The notes below the pieces were generated by a model that was not told the origin of the DNA, did no database searches, and worked only from the letters and a program-made list of their open reading frames with translations. DNA of 64,000 nt, taken from contig CAVPKD010000006.1 of assembly GCA_963705595.1 (NCBI GenBank), forward strand, positions 321,781 to 385,780. The letters are read 5' to 3'. Positions within the stretch are counted from its first letter, which is position 1, and each line of letters opens with the position of its first letter. The translations under genes and the position numbers were made by a program. Source of the DNA: Nitrospirota bacterium. Its GTDB lineage: Bacteria > Nitrospirota > UBA9217. Below are positions 40,458-49,709 of this stretch, one piece after another.

Positions 40458-42167
40458 TCAAGGGTTTTTGATGGGGGGAAGGGAGAGGTTTTTTGGTAGA
40501 TTCTGACGCCGACGATAGTATCGAAATATTTTTTCGCTCGTATTGAACGATTCGGATAATCGGTATCCTTCGAGCCTTTGTGCAACAGGTTTCGGCAGCG
40601 GGTCATTGGAAGCGTCCGAAATGACAACAACGGGAACGTTTAAAAATGCATCATGTTTGGCAATATAATAAGTCGGGTTCCGGTATGCCCAGGTGAAGCG
40701 GAGAGAAGATTGTTCAATTTCTTCGCGAGGAGGGAAGTCTTCAGGCTGGTAGTGATACCGTATCTGCTTGTTAGTGAAAAGGTCGATAAGGGGGACAGCA
40801 ACAGCAGGGTTGACAACGGGCTCCTTAGAAAACAATGTTATGACCTCGATCTCCCCGGCGTCCAGCGTATTGAGATACTCGCCGGCATGTTTCAGGTTCG
40901 CGACGCTCATGCTCTCAGCAAGCGGCAGGAAGGCGAAAATCCCGATTACGAGCGATGTCGTGACCGTGCTGAAGAGTATGAATCGTCTCAACTCATCCCG
41001 TTTGATGACCTGCAACCCGTACCCCGCCATGAGCGTAAGCATGGGGAATACGGGCAGGGTGTATCGGATCCTCCTGATGCCGAAGAGAACGATGAGCAGA
41101 ACGAGCCAACTGATGATCGCATAACTCGCGTCGCGTTTTCGCAGCGCGACAGCGAGGGAAACCAGTGCTGATAACGTGATGAGCGGGTGCATCTGGAACA
41201 GGAACGTTGAATGAAAACTTTCTCCCCATCGGTCGAGCCCGGGTTTTTGATACTCCAGCAGGAGTATGACCTGTTCTGAAAACACGTCGAACTTTGTAAG
41301 GAGTATCGCTCCCATAACTGCCGCTGCCATGAGCAGAATAATAGCACCTCTCAGAAGCGGACGGCGGTCTTTCGATCCAGCACGAACCATGGCGTATACG
41401 ATGAGCACAACTATGAGCACGGAGAGCATGAACCAGACAGAGTATTTGGACAGCATTGTGAGAACGATCGTTACTACGGAACAGACAATCCTTGCGGCAC
41501 CGCCCTTATTTAATGCATCGAGGTACGTATAGATCGCGAGTGTGAGAAAAAACATAGTCGGGACATCAACCAGCATAAGCGGGACCTGGGCCAGCAGATA
41601 AGGAATGCCGAGAAGCAGCAACCCGGCGGAGAATCCCGTTTCTCTGTTCCAGAGCGTTTTCCCGATCAGGGAGGTCAGAACAACAGTCAGAGAGAACAGT
41701 ACAGTCGTAAACAACTGTATGAAGATCCTGTTCTCACCGAACAGTCTGAAGATCATTCCGTAGAGAAACGGTACGAGCGGCATATCCGTCCAGGCAAGGA
41801 TCGTTCTGCCCCATTCTTTCAGAAAATAGCCGATGCCGTACACTTCGAGGTGTTTTGCCTGGGTAAAATAGCGCGACGCGTCGACAATGATCTCGGACTC
41901 TTTCCAGAACGGCAGGATGACTGCAAATGAGAGCACCGCAAGAAACGGTATCTGATAGTTGCCGGGAATTGCTGTCCGTGCCAGGAAAGCAGAAATGATC
42001 AACCCAGCGACGAGCAAGAAATAGATCCGTGACGCGTCAACCCTGTCAAGCGCCCATGCCCAGCTGAACAGGCTGTTGTCGTCTATCCCGCGGAGGAGAA
42101 AAAGGGTGATGAAGGCGATAAGAAAGACAGCGGAGATGAGGAAATAATTAGTGAGCTTGTTTTGCAC
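40458..42167 (-). CDS. ArnT/PMT-like (GT39/GT83-type) polytopic glycosyltransferase
   Basis: 569 aa with more than 10 TM helices and a C-terminal soluble domain; GTG start preceded by TGCTATAAT. Confidence 0.65.
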   Translation of the reverse strand: MQNKLTNYFLISAVFLIAFITLFLLRGIDDNSLFSWAWALDRVDASRIYFLLVAGLIISAFLARTAIPGNYQIPFLAVLSFAVILPFWKESEIIVDASRYFTQAKHLEVYGIGYFLKEWGRTILAWTDMPLVPFLYGMIFRLFGENRIFIQLFTTVLFSLTVVLTSLIGKTLWNRETGFSAGLLLLGIPYLLAQVPLMLVDVPTMFFLTLAIYTYLDALNKGGAARIVCSVVTIVLTMLSKYSVWFMLSVLIVVLIVYAMVRAGSKDRRPLLRGAIILLMAAAVMGAILLTKFDVFSEQVILLLEYQKPGLDRWGESFHSTFLFQMHPLITLSALVSLAVALRKRDASYAIISWLVLLIVLFGIRRIRYTLPVFPMLTLMAGYGLQVIKRDELRRFILFSTVTTSLVIGIFAFLPLAESMSVANLKHAGEYLNTLDAGEIEVITLFSKEPVVNPAVAVPLIDLFTNKQIRYHYQPEDFPPREEIEQSSLRFTWAYRNPTYYIAKHDAFLNVPVVVISDASNDPLPKPVAQRLEGYRLSESFNTSEKIFRYYRRRQNLPKNLSLPPIKNP

Positions 42168-42487
42168 GGAGGCATTATAGCATTAGGTCGGATTAAGTTC
42201 TATGGTCTTCATCGATAAAATCAGCGGGTCGGTTTTTCCACGTCCGATGAAAAGACTTGTTTACGCTCGGCAGGGGTGTGAGCTTAAGGGGTGAAAGTCC
42301 CCTGTACGCGGCGGGTCATGATGATCTTGCATTTCCCTGCAGCTCGCGACAGGGTCACCTTATAGAGGGAAGAGCCTGAGAAACCGTAGCTTGCGCAAAT
42401 GATAAATGTCTTCCTTTTATAAATTCCCCGTCAGCTTGCTGCCGAGTGATTCATTTATGGAATAAAAACCGCGAGAATTAGTGAGAT

Positions 42488-42514
42488 CTGGGAGGCATCT
42501 GCGATGCCTCCCAG
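42488..42514. terminator. 12-bp perfect hairpin 9 nt downstream of the rhodanese stop (no clear U-tract)
   Basis: CTGGGAGGCATC tgc GATGCCTCCCAG. Confidence 0.45.
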
Positions 42515-42522
42515 GAGAGGAT

Positions 42523-43023
42523 TTATTTTGCAATAGGATAGTTTTTTGAAGCTGCGCCCTGGATGGCTTCCTGCATCTTCTGACCTCCGCGATATCCCTT
42601 AATCCAGGCGGCATAGCCGAATGCCATGGTGGAGGCATCGTAGCCGAGCGCGCGCAAGCCGACGACAGGAAGGTTCTGGGTCTGGCCGGTTACGCAGACG
42701 AGGATGACCTTCTTGTTCTTCGGAAGCTTCTTGAGATTCTCGGGCTTAAAGATGTCCTGGACGCTTATCTGAATAGAACCGGGAATGTGCCCTTCGCCGA
42801 ACTCGGCCGGGTTGGGCCGGACATCGACGATCACGAAATCGGTCTTTTTTGCGTTGATCATCGCGAGGACATCGTCTGCCGTTACCTGCCAGAACTTTGC
42901 GTCGGGACCTTTTGAAAGCACATCATTCAGCTTCTTTGCCATATCATCTGCAGCAGACGCGGCCGGAATCGATACCGACACTGCCAGAACCACTATGCAC
43001 AGCATGACCAGTATTTTCTTCAT
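42523..43023 (-). CDS. Secreted single-domain rhodanese (sulfurtransferase)
   Basis: Signal peptide MKKILVMLCIVVLAVSVSIPAASA; VIVDVRP...GHIPGS; active-site loop VCVTGQT; GGAGGAG RBS. Confidence 0.8.
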   Translation of the reverse strand: MKKILVMLCIVVLAVSVSIPAASAADDMAKKLNDVLSKGPDAKFWQVTADDVLAMINAKKTDFVIVDVRPNPAEFGEGHIPGSIQISVQDIFKPENLKKLPKNKKVILVCVTGQTQNLPVVGLRALGYDASTMAFGYAAWIKGYRGGQKMQEAIQGAASKNYPIAK

Positions 43024-43105
43024 TTCCTTCTCCTCCCTATCGTGAATTTTTTTGTTCGCCATTCGGTTCTGTTCTAAAAAAATGAACTTCTCCAGTTAAC
43101 AAACA

Positions 43106-43408
43106 TCACAAGACGATCACCCGATCTGCCTCGTGCAGCATCACTGCATTGTTGTACTGGCTTCCACAGACGATCTCCTTCGAAAGGCCCTCCGAAGTAA
43201 CCCCCATGTGTTTTGCGCTGTGGTCGCAAAAACTGACAGTGACCCCTTTCGTCTTGCATAATTCGGCGAACGCAGGGGTCCCGACGAGCTTTGTGCCCTC
43301 ATCCATGTTGAAGAGGACGACTATGTGTCCTTTTGCGAGGGCAGCTTTTGTAATTCCCTGTACCGCATTAAGATTTTTATTGGTATTCACGAATATGCCG
43401 AGCTTCAT
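43106..43408 (-). CDS. DsrE-like sulfur-relay protein (100 aa)
   Basis: MKLGIFVNTNKNL..., conserved Cys in VSFCDHSAKHMG, GSQYNNAVMLH; GGAGG RBS; paralog of 45139-45447. Confidence 0.7.
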   Translation of the reverse strand: MKLGIFVNTNKNLNAVQGITKAALAKGHIVVLFNMDEGTKLVGTPAFAELCKTKGVTVSFCDHSAKHMGVTSEGLSKEIVCGSQYNNAVMLHEADRVIVL

Positions 43409-43489
43409 GTGTTTCCCCTCCTCTCGAGTTTTCGGCTGTCGGAATGTGTCCACTTCCGGAGCACTCTGTTCATCATGCAGCTGTACAAC

Positions 43490-43657
43490 CTACCAGGATA
43501 TGACTTTATCGCTGGAGAAAATGAGATCTACGATCTGGTCGTAGTTCTTATTCTCCTTGATATCCACGATTGTGACGTCATTTCCCTTTTTCTGAACTTC
43601 CATGATTGTTTTTGTCGTGGCATCGAGATCCTGTTTCAGAATATATAATATTTTCAT
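43490..43657 (-). CDS. 55-aa DsrH/TusB-like mini protein (not in the ORF track)
   Basis: GAGGTG RBS then ATG; MKILYILKQDLDATTKTIMEVQKKGNDVTIVDIKENKNYDQIVDLIFSSDKVISW*; paralog at 45775-45945. Confidence 0.6.
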   Translation of the reverse strand: MKILYILKQDLDATTKTIMEVQKKGNDVTIVDIKENKNYDQIVDLIFSSDKVISW

Positions 43658-43681
43658 ACGTTATCACCTCGTTCCGGGTAT

Positions 43682-43954
43682 TTAGTACGGTATGATATGG
43701 TCATACTCCAGAAGCTTCTTGGCCAATTCTTCGTTGGAAATGTAATCCATGCCCGCGTTTTCTTTCGTGTTCGTAGCGAGCTTCATATCCATGTCCTTGA
43801 TGGTCTCGAGATTCAGGTCATTATCGGCGTTGCTTTCCACCTTTCTATCCAGCACATAGACATCGATGGTGTCGTCCATGAGCGTAACGCCCACGGACAT
43901 CCTCAGAGCCTCACCCTGCCGGTCCCTGACGAGTACAGCGATTTTTTTCCCCAT
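43682..43954 (-). CDS. 90-aa DsrF/TusC-like protein
   Basis: MGKKIAVLVRDRQGEALRMSVGVTLMDDTIDVYVLD...AKKLLEYDHIIPY*; AAGGAGG RBS; paralog at 45475-45753. Confidence 0.65.
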   Translation of the reverse strand: MGKKIAVLVRDRQGEALRMSVGVTLMDDTIDVYVLDRKVESNADNDLNLETIKDMDMKLATNTKENAGMDYISNEELAKKLLEYDHIIPY

Positions 43955-44009
43955 GGCATCCTCCTTGAATTCAAATTCGCCGCGTTGTAATAATTTTTTT
44001 AGGTAAGAA

Positions 44010-44026
44010 TGCAAAAGATTCACCCC
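44010..44026 (-). promoter_or_regulatory. Weak sigma54-type promoter candidate for the minus-strand DsrF/H/E-rhodanese operon
   Basis: Minus strand reads GGGGTGAATCTTTTGCA; GG and TTGCA are at consensus spacing but the rest of the -24 box is poor. Confidence 0.25.
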
Positions 44027-44617
44027 TGCGAACAAAATTGCATGTTTGGATGTGAACGAGACCACCTCCTCCGATTGAAATTTGGCAGTGCTGCTGAATG
44101 TTGAAAAAACCGCCGCGATGAGAGATATTTAATGCGTGCCAGTGGACGGACCGCGCTGCTTCTTGTGCTTAGTTGCGAGATATAGAGTGTTATTAGTTTC
44201 TAAACAATATTCTATTGTGTGGGCAAGATTATGATGTCAAGGATGCGCGAGTAACATAATACAAAAAAAATTAAATTGCAAGAAGAGAGCATGATCCCTC
44301 TCATAAAGTATCGTTATGAAGCGATGAAAGATTTTAATAGGAAGGGGGAAGGCAGTATATGCAACCGGCATTAAATTTTATTATATTTCGAAATGGAGTA
44401 TTGACAGGCGAGATGGTTTTTGATAAGTTACTACATCTCGGTTCGAAAGTTCAGAGTTATGGTGACTTACCAATCTGGCGATAGAGTGCTGTGTTTGCAG
44501 AGCGGACACTCTGTCCAGCATCTTTCTCAAGAGAGCGTATCGCCAATTGTCATGTGATAGCAACCGGGCAAATCAGATAGCCCAATTTTGATAATCATTC
44601 GTGAGGAGGAACGTATC

Positions 44618-44866
44618 ATGGCATTGAAAGATGAAGCACCGAAGGAAACGTTGGATACTCTTGGAAGGGTATGCCCCTATCCGCTTCTGTTGACCAAAAA
44701 GGCGCTCGAAAAGCTCGCAAGCGGCCAGATGCTCAAGGTTCTCTGCGATGCTCCCGCGTCTGCCGAGGAGAGCATCCCGCGCTACTGCGAGAAGAACAAA
44801 TTCGCCTTCGAGTCCGTAAAGCTCGATGACAAGGGGATGTGGGAACTCTATATCAAGAAGTCGTAA
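44618..44866 (+). CDS. TusA/SirA-family sulfurtransferase
   Basis: MALKDEAPKETLDTLGRVCPYPLLLTKKAL (CPxP); GAGGAGG RBS. Confidence 0.8.
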   Translation: MALKDEAPKETLDTLGRVCPYPLLLTKKALEKLASGQMLKVLCDAPASAEESIPRYCEKNKFAFESVKLDDKGMWELYIKKS

Positions 44867-45138
44867 GCACGTAAGCAGTACCCGTATGGCTCTCAATGGT
44901 TTTATTCAACAGCGATCTCGTTGTTTCCAGGGATCCGAACTGACCGCACTACAAGCCGGGTAGAATACAACTGCCCGGCTTTCTTGTTTGTCGTGACCGG
45001 AGGTCACGGTTTCACAGGATACTACGAAGCGGGGAAGGGCGCTCGCGGGTTTTCCCGGAGCGAACGTCGGGGCGTAAAATTCCCCGTAGTGTTCTTCGTC
45101 CTGAAATGGCATAATTGCAGTTATCGAAAGGAAGTGAG

Positions 45139-45447
45139 ATGATGGCGAATGATATGTTGGGTATCATGGTTACGAAGTATGAGAACCTGGAGCATATCGC
45201 CGGAGTTGTCAAGGCGGCGCGGGCTGCGGGGCATCCGGTCGTGATATTCTTGACCGACGAAGGTGTGCGTTTTACAAGGGATCCGAAATTCCTAGAGTTG
45301 CTCAAGGTTCCCGGCGTGGAGCTGTCCTGCTGCGATCACAGTTGCGAGCGGATCGGGATTCACGAAAAGACAGATGGCATATCATACGGCAGTCAGTACA
45401 ATAATGCCGGGATGCTGCACGACAGCGCGCGGTTATTGGTGTTCTAA
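45139..45447 (+). CDS. DsrE-like sulfur-relay protein, paralog of 43106-43408
   Basis: MLGIMVTKYENL..., LSCCDHSCERIG, GSQYNNAGMLH; start is ATG 45139 or 45154. Confidence 0.7.
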   Translation: MMANDMLGIMVTKYENLEHIAGVVKAARAAGHPVVIFLTDEGVRFTRDPKFLELLKVPGVELSCCDHSCERIGIHEKTDGISYGSQYNNAGMLHDSARLLVF

Positions 45448-45474
45448 CAAATATGAGAACAATGGGAGTGTTCT

Positions 45475-45753
45475 ATGGGAGATACGAAAAAAATAGCGGT
45501 AATCGTGAGGGAGAGGCAGGGCGAAGCACTCCGCGTATCGGGCGGGCTTACTCTGGCTGACGACACCATCGAGGTCTTTGTGCTGGATCGGAAACTGGAA
45601 AAGAACGACCCTGAAATCGCTCAGCCCCTTGAATTGGTGAACGATCTTGACCTGAAGATGTATTCCAACAATCCCGAAAACGGGTACACGACAATCAGCC
45701 TCGAGGAGATGGCAAAGAAACTCCTTGAATATGACATTGTGGTACCATACTAA
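45475..45753 (+). CDS. 92-aa DsrF/TusC-like protein, paralog of 43682-43954
   Basis: KKIAVIVRERQGEALRVSGGLTLADDTIEVFVLD...AKKLLEYDIVVPY*. Confidence 0.65.
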   Translation: MGDTKKIAVIVRERQGEALRVSGGLTLADDTIEVFVLDRKLEKNDPEIAQPLELVNDLDLKMYSNNPENGYTTISLEEMAKKLLEYDIVVPY

Positions 45754-45774
45754 CATGATAGGAGGTTTCGTATT

Positions 45775-45945
45775 GTGAAGATCCTGCATATCTTAAAAAC
45801 AGCGCCGGACGCAAGCACAAAAAAGATCATCGAAGTTCATGCGTCCGGACATCAAATGAAAGCCGTTGAGCTCTATAAAGGTGGAATTTCCTACGACAAG
45901 CTTTTAGAGGATGTATTCTCACACGACAAGGTGTTCTGCTGGTAA
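45775..45945 (+). CDS. 56-aa DsrH/TusB-like mini protein (not in the ORF track)
   Basis: GGAGG RBS, GTG start; VKILHILKTAPDASTKKIIEVHASGHQMKAVELYKGGISYDKLLEDVFSHDKVFCW*. Confidence 0.55.
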   Translation: MKILHILKTAPDASTKKIIEVHASGHQMKAVELYKGGISYDKLLEDVFSHDKVFCW

Positions 45946-46808
45946 GGGGTAGCATGCGGATGGTCCAAGGGGGCGTGATTGCCGCAAGTACAGAACGACT
46001 GCGGGGCCTGCGAACGGGGGGACGAGCGCGGTCCTTATTTCACTATGAAATACATTGCAACATACTCGAACTATCTTCGATGTTTCGGGGAACAGCCTGC
46101 AGGTTTGGCAAAATTATTATCTATTATCGGGCAACTTATTTATAGAGGCGCAATTCACTCGTCATCCGGTTTTGCAATAAATATGCTCTGACCACACGTC
46201 AGCGATGTGGGCTCTACAGGAGAACTCGTGGATATCTCTGTCACGCTATCGGGGATTGCGATGGGAGCCGGTTTCGGATTCGTGCTTCACATGATTTCTA
46301 CGCTTGCCATGTCGAGCGTGGTGTCAATGGCGAGTATTGTCGTCGGCAGCTGGTCCATGTTTTACCTGCTTTTCATGAAAAAGTCCGCAGGGAGGTAAAG
46401 TCTCCATTCGGATGGAATGCGATACCCGGGGAATATATGGGCGACATTGCCAAATATGTAAACGTACAGGATGACGTTTTCAAGGAAGAATACCCTTGCG
46501 GTTTCCCATTGTCTGCCGATGTACTCCAGGAATATGACAGGGGGAAGAAACCACCCAACCAGAGAAGGTAAATTTACTCTACCAAATATGCTGAAGACCA
46601 TCCCGCTGGTGTCCCGCCATCCCGGGAACTTGTGACCTCGCATCGTCTTATTTCCTACCACACTTGTATCAAATGGCACAGAGAAGCGGTGCTGTACGCA
46701 TACATGGCACAGGTATGCCTTTGATTAATCACATCTTGCAAATCTGGCAAGAGTATTGCAAAAATTCTGTAGTCCAGCGGAAACAGAAAGCTGCCGGACT
46801 GTGGAGGT

Positions 46809-47732
46809 TTGACTGTGCATTGCCCGGATTGCAAACAAACAAACGATACCGATGCTCTCTTCTGTACAGCATGCGGAAGACCACTTGAGGCGGCACCGCG
46901 GCAGACGGTCAAGATACAGCGCAGGGCATATTTCATTGCTCTCCTTTTCGTGCCGGTTATCGCGCTTGCCGCGGGCATTGGTTACTACAAGTTTTTTTTG
47001 CCTAACGGAGTAGCAGCCGTGGTGAACGGTGAGGAAATAAAGCTTTCCGAGCTTGACGCCGCTGTTGCCCGTGCACAGGGAAGTCAGGAGGCGGCATCAA
47101 GCCGGCTCCGGTACCAACTTCTCAACCAACTAATCACCCAGCGGATCGTGATTCAGGAAGCGCGCAAGGCAGGAATATCGGTGTCAAAAGAAGAAATCGA
47201 AACATCCGCAACAGAAGTGCGAATATCCTCCGGTCTCGATGAAGCGACTTTCAATAGGCAAGTTGTTTCACAGTATGGCAGCATGCGCACATTCAAGGAT
47301 GCTCTGGAGCGCCGTCTCCTGGCGAACAGGTTCTTTGTCGCAAAGGTCGTACCTCCGGGCGCTGATCAGCCTACCGCGCAAAGCGCAATAAAACGATGGC
47401 TCGATGATATTGCAGGAAGGGCCGCGGTACGGATAGCGCTGGCAGGGCAAGGAGCGGGACCAGGGTGTGCTCGCTGCAACACAGAAGACGTGCAGGCGTC
47501 GAAGCGGTCGGGTATCCAGGGACATGGTTGCGCAGCCGTAAAGAAACCAGCCGCTTTGGACGTGGGGAAAGCGGCAGATGCCGGCCTTCGGTTCTGGCAT
47601 GCGAAATACGGACCTGACGCGGTCACTACGCGGTTGACCGAATACGGTTGTCATATCCAGGTTGACATCGTGAAGAATAATAAAATAATCGGTTCCCTCC
47701 GATACCAGGATGGAAGCATTACAGAGATTTAA
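46809..47732 (+). CDS. Zinc-ribbon / TM / SurA-N-like chaperone-domain protein
   Basis: HCPDCKQ...CTACG ribbon, a TM helix, then VNGEEIKLSELD...LLNQLITQRIVIQEARKAGISVS. Confidence 0.55.
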   Translation: MTVHCPDCKQTNDTDALFCTACGRPLEAAPRQTVKIQRRAYFIALLFVPVIALAAGIGYYKFFLPNGVAAVVNGEEIKLSELDAAVARAQGSQEAASSRLRYQLLNQLITQRIVIQEARKAGISVSKEEIETSATEVRISSGLDEATFNRQVVSQYGSMRTFKDALERRLLANRFFVAKVVPPGADQPTAQSAIKRWLDDIAGRAAVRIALAGQGAGPGCARCNTEDVQASKRSGIQGHGCAAVKKPAALDVGKAADAGLRFWHAKYGPDAVTTRLTEYGCHIQVDIVKNNKIIGSLRYQDGSITEI

Positions 47733-47747
47733 GGAAGGAGATAATAA

Positions 47748-48386
47748 ATGAGCAAGTGCAGTAAATGCGGTGAAGAGATGAGGGAGAAAGCAAAATATTG
47801 TAAGGCCTGCGGTAGCAGCATAGGAGCAGAAGTTTCGCTGGATGAGAAAAAAGCGCGCGTGCTGACTCAGGAAAGGCAGTGGAAAAAACCGCTGGCGATC
47901 GCGGGAGCCCTCGTTCTCGCTGTGGTCATGGTCTGGCTGGGCAATAGTGTTTACATGTCGAAACGAACGGGCGCGCATCCGATGTTTCCACCGCGCCGCG
48001 ACGCATCGGCGAGGTTGATGAACGCCGTGCCTGTAATGGAACAGGGCGCAAACGTGCGCATCCCGCTTAGGACCCTGGATGACGGCAATGCGCATTTTTT
48101 CGCCTATATCGCAGGCGGGAAGACTATTACCTTTTTCGCGATGAAGGCTATGGACGGGAGCATCCGGACGGCCCTCGATGCGTGCGTGGCATGCAATCAT
48201 GCCAAGCTGGGATACCGGCAGGAGGGTAACCTCGTGGTTTGCAATAACTGCGGCATGGGCTTTAAGCCAACCGATATAGGCATGACGTCCGGCGGGTGCA
48301 ATCCCATCCCAATCAATAAGTCGGTAGACGGTCAGATGATTGTCTTGAAAGCAAAAGACCTTGAGGACGGTGCCCGTTATTTCTAA
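47748..48386 (+). CDS. Zinc-ribbon / TM / DUF2318-like Cys-rich domain protein
   Basis: KCSKCG...CKACG ribbon; C-terminal CVACNHAKLGY...VCNNCGMGF...GGCNPIP. Confidence 0.6.
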   Translation: MSKCSKCGEEMREKAKYCKACGSSIGAEVSLDEKKARVLTQERQWKKPLAIAGALVLAVVMVWLGNSVYMSKRTGAHPMFPPRRDASARLMNAVPVMEQGANVRIPLRTLDDGNAHFFAYIAGGKTITFFAMKAMDGSIRTALDACVACNHAKLGYRQEGNLVVCNNCGMGFKPTDIGMTSGGCNPIPINKSVDGQMIVLKAKDLEDGARYF

Positions 48387-48443
48387 GAGAAATGTAACGG
48401 TCAGAAAATGATCAGAAGAATCAAAAAACGGATATCACGCATG

Positions 48444-48523
48444 TCGCGAAAAGGAGTGATGACACGAAGAAAAGAAGAGCGAGACATCCATTCGCGTTTT
48501 TCGCATCATTCGTGCAATTCGCG
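48444..48523 (+). repeat. Intercistronic imperfect inverted repeat built from (C/A)CGAA short repeats
   Basis: CGCGAA 48445-50 pairs with TTCGCG 48518-23; ACGAA 48464-68 pairs with TTCGT 48509-13; further GCGA/TCGC pairs inside. Confidence 0.45.
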
Positions 48524-48540
48524 CCCAGAGGATCTTAATA

Positions 48541-49707
48541 ATGAAGCTGATTGACATTTCTCTGAACAATCTGCTCCGGAAAAAAGGCCGGACTTTCTTT
48601 CTTGTCTCTGGGCTTGCAATCGGGATTGGTGCGGCCGTCGCCATGACTTCTGTGGGTAACGCCATGAACCGGGAGGTCATGCACGCGCTCGACGAGTTCG
48701 GGGCGAACATCCTCATAGTGCCGGCTACCGAGGGTTTACCGCTCTCCTATGGCGGCCTAACGGTTTCTGCAGTAAATACCGGAGGTCGGGAACTCACCAT
48801 GAACGATGTTGACCGTATCCGCACCATCAAGAACAATCAGAACATCAGTACGATCGCGCCGAAACTGCTCGTCCAGACCGATGTGAAAGGAACAAAGGTT
48901 CTCGTTGCCGGTGTAGATTTCAAGGCCGAGCAACGGCTTAAGAAATGGTGGCGGGTGGCAGCGGGAATGAATCCGCGGGACAACGGAGAGGCCCTGATCG
49001 GCAAAGATGCCGCAGCCCTGCTGCATATAGTCCCTGGCGACAGTATTGCACTCGCTCGCGGGACGACGCTGCGCGTGTCCGGCGTGCTAGACAATACCGG
49101 ATCGCAGGACGACGGTCTGATCTTCGCCGATATCAAATGGCTCCAACAGCACTTTCAGAAGGGCAATGCCGTAAGCCTTATTGAGCTTTCCGCTCTGTGC
49201 AGCGGTTGTCCTATTGAGGACATGGTGGCGCAGTTGAACAGCACGCTTCCCGGGGCTCGTGCCGTGGCAGTCAAGGAAACGGTGGAGCTCAAGATGCAGG
49301 CTATGCATTATTTTCATAAATTCTCCCTCGGCATCTCGGCGCTCCTGCTCATCGTGGCCGGCATGATAATTTTCTTCGCCATGACCGCCTCGGTCAAAGA
49401 GAGGGTGCAGGAAATCGGTCTATTCCGGGCTATCGGCTTCCGAACCGGCCATATTATCCTGGTGCTGCTCACGGAGGCCTTCATCGTGAGCTTGCTAGCG
49501 GGATTAACGGGATATGTCATCGGGGTCATCAGCCCACGGTTCGTCGCGCCCTATCTGATGAGCGCCTATAACCTGACATTCGTGATCGATCCGGTTCTGG
49601 CAGTGAGAGCGCTGGTATCATCTGTCCTCGTCGGGCTTGCAGCGAGCGTTTATCCGGCGGTGCGGGCAGGCCGGCTCGATCCGGTTGAGGCACTGAAGAC
49701 GCTGTAG
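48541..49707 (+). CDS. ABC transporter permease, FtsX/MacB-like
   Basis: 388 aa; N-terminal TM helix, large periplasmic domain, 3 C-terminal TM helices, ...RLDPVEALKTL*. Confidence 0.85.
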   Translation: MKLIDISLNNLLRKKGRTFFLVSGLAIGIGAAVAMTSVGNAMNREVMHALDEFGANILIVPATEGLPLSYGGLTVSAVNTGGRELTMNDVDRIRTIKNNQNISTIAPKLLVQTDVKGTKVLVAGVDFKAEQRLKKWWRVAAGMNPRDNGEALIGKDAAALLHIVPGDSIALARGTTLRVSGVLDNTGSQDDGLIFADIKWLQQHFQKGNAVSLIELSALCSGCPIEDMVAQLNSTLPGARAVAVKETVELKMQAMHYFHKFSLGISALLLIVAGMIIFFAMTASVKERVQEIGLFRAIGFRTGHIILVLLTEAFIVSLLAGLTGYVIGVISPRFVAPYLMSAYNLTFVIDPVLAVRALVSSVLVGLAASVYPAVRAGRLDPVEALKTL

Positions 49708-49709
49708 TA

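Noticed and set aside
42168-42522. Possible cobalamin riboswitch or other structured RNA in the 355-nt spacer (GGTGAAAGTCC at 42290-42300, GGGAAGAGCC further on)
   Set aside because: The GGTG..AA..CC and GGGAAG elements are on the plus strand. The CCCGCC-type element appears only on the minus strand, and no GCCACTG B12 box was found. No plus-strand gene follows. Only short local hairpins are evident. A covariance-model scan (Rfam) would settle it.
44466-44481. Sigma54 promoter for the TusA-led operon (CTGGCGATAGAGTGCT)
   Set aside because: The GG to GC spacing is one nt shorter than consensus and the -12 box reads GTGC rather than TTGC. Given the indel-prone assembly it cannot be excluded, but it is not supportable as it stands.
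45954-46800. Several 60-105-aa ORFs on both strands (45954-46145, 46207-46398, 46362-46679, 46655-46978)
   Set aside because: They are mutually overlapping, have no RBS, no conserved motifs and odd composition. Only the 63-aa two-TM ORF 46207-46398 is faintly plausible. I treat the region as non-coding or degraded.
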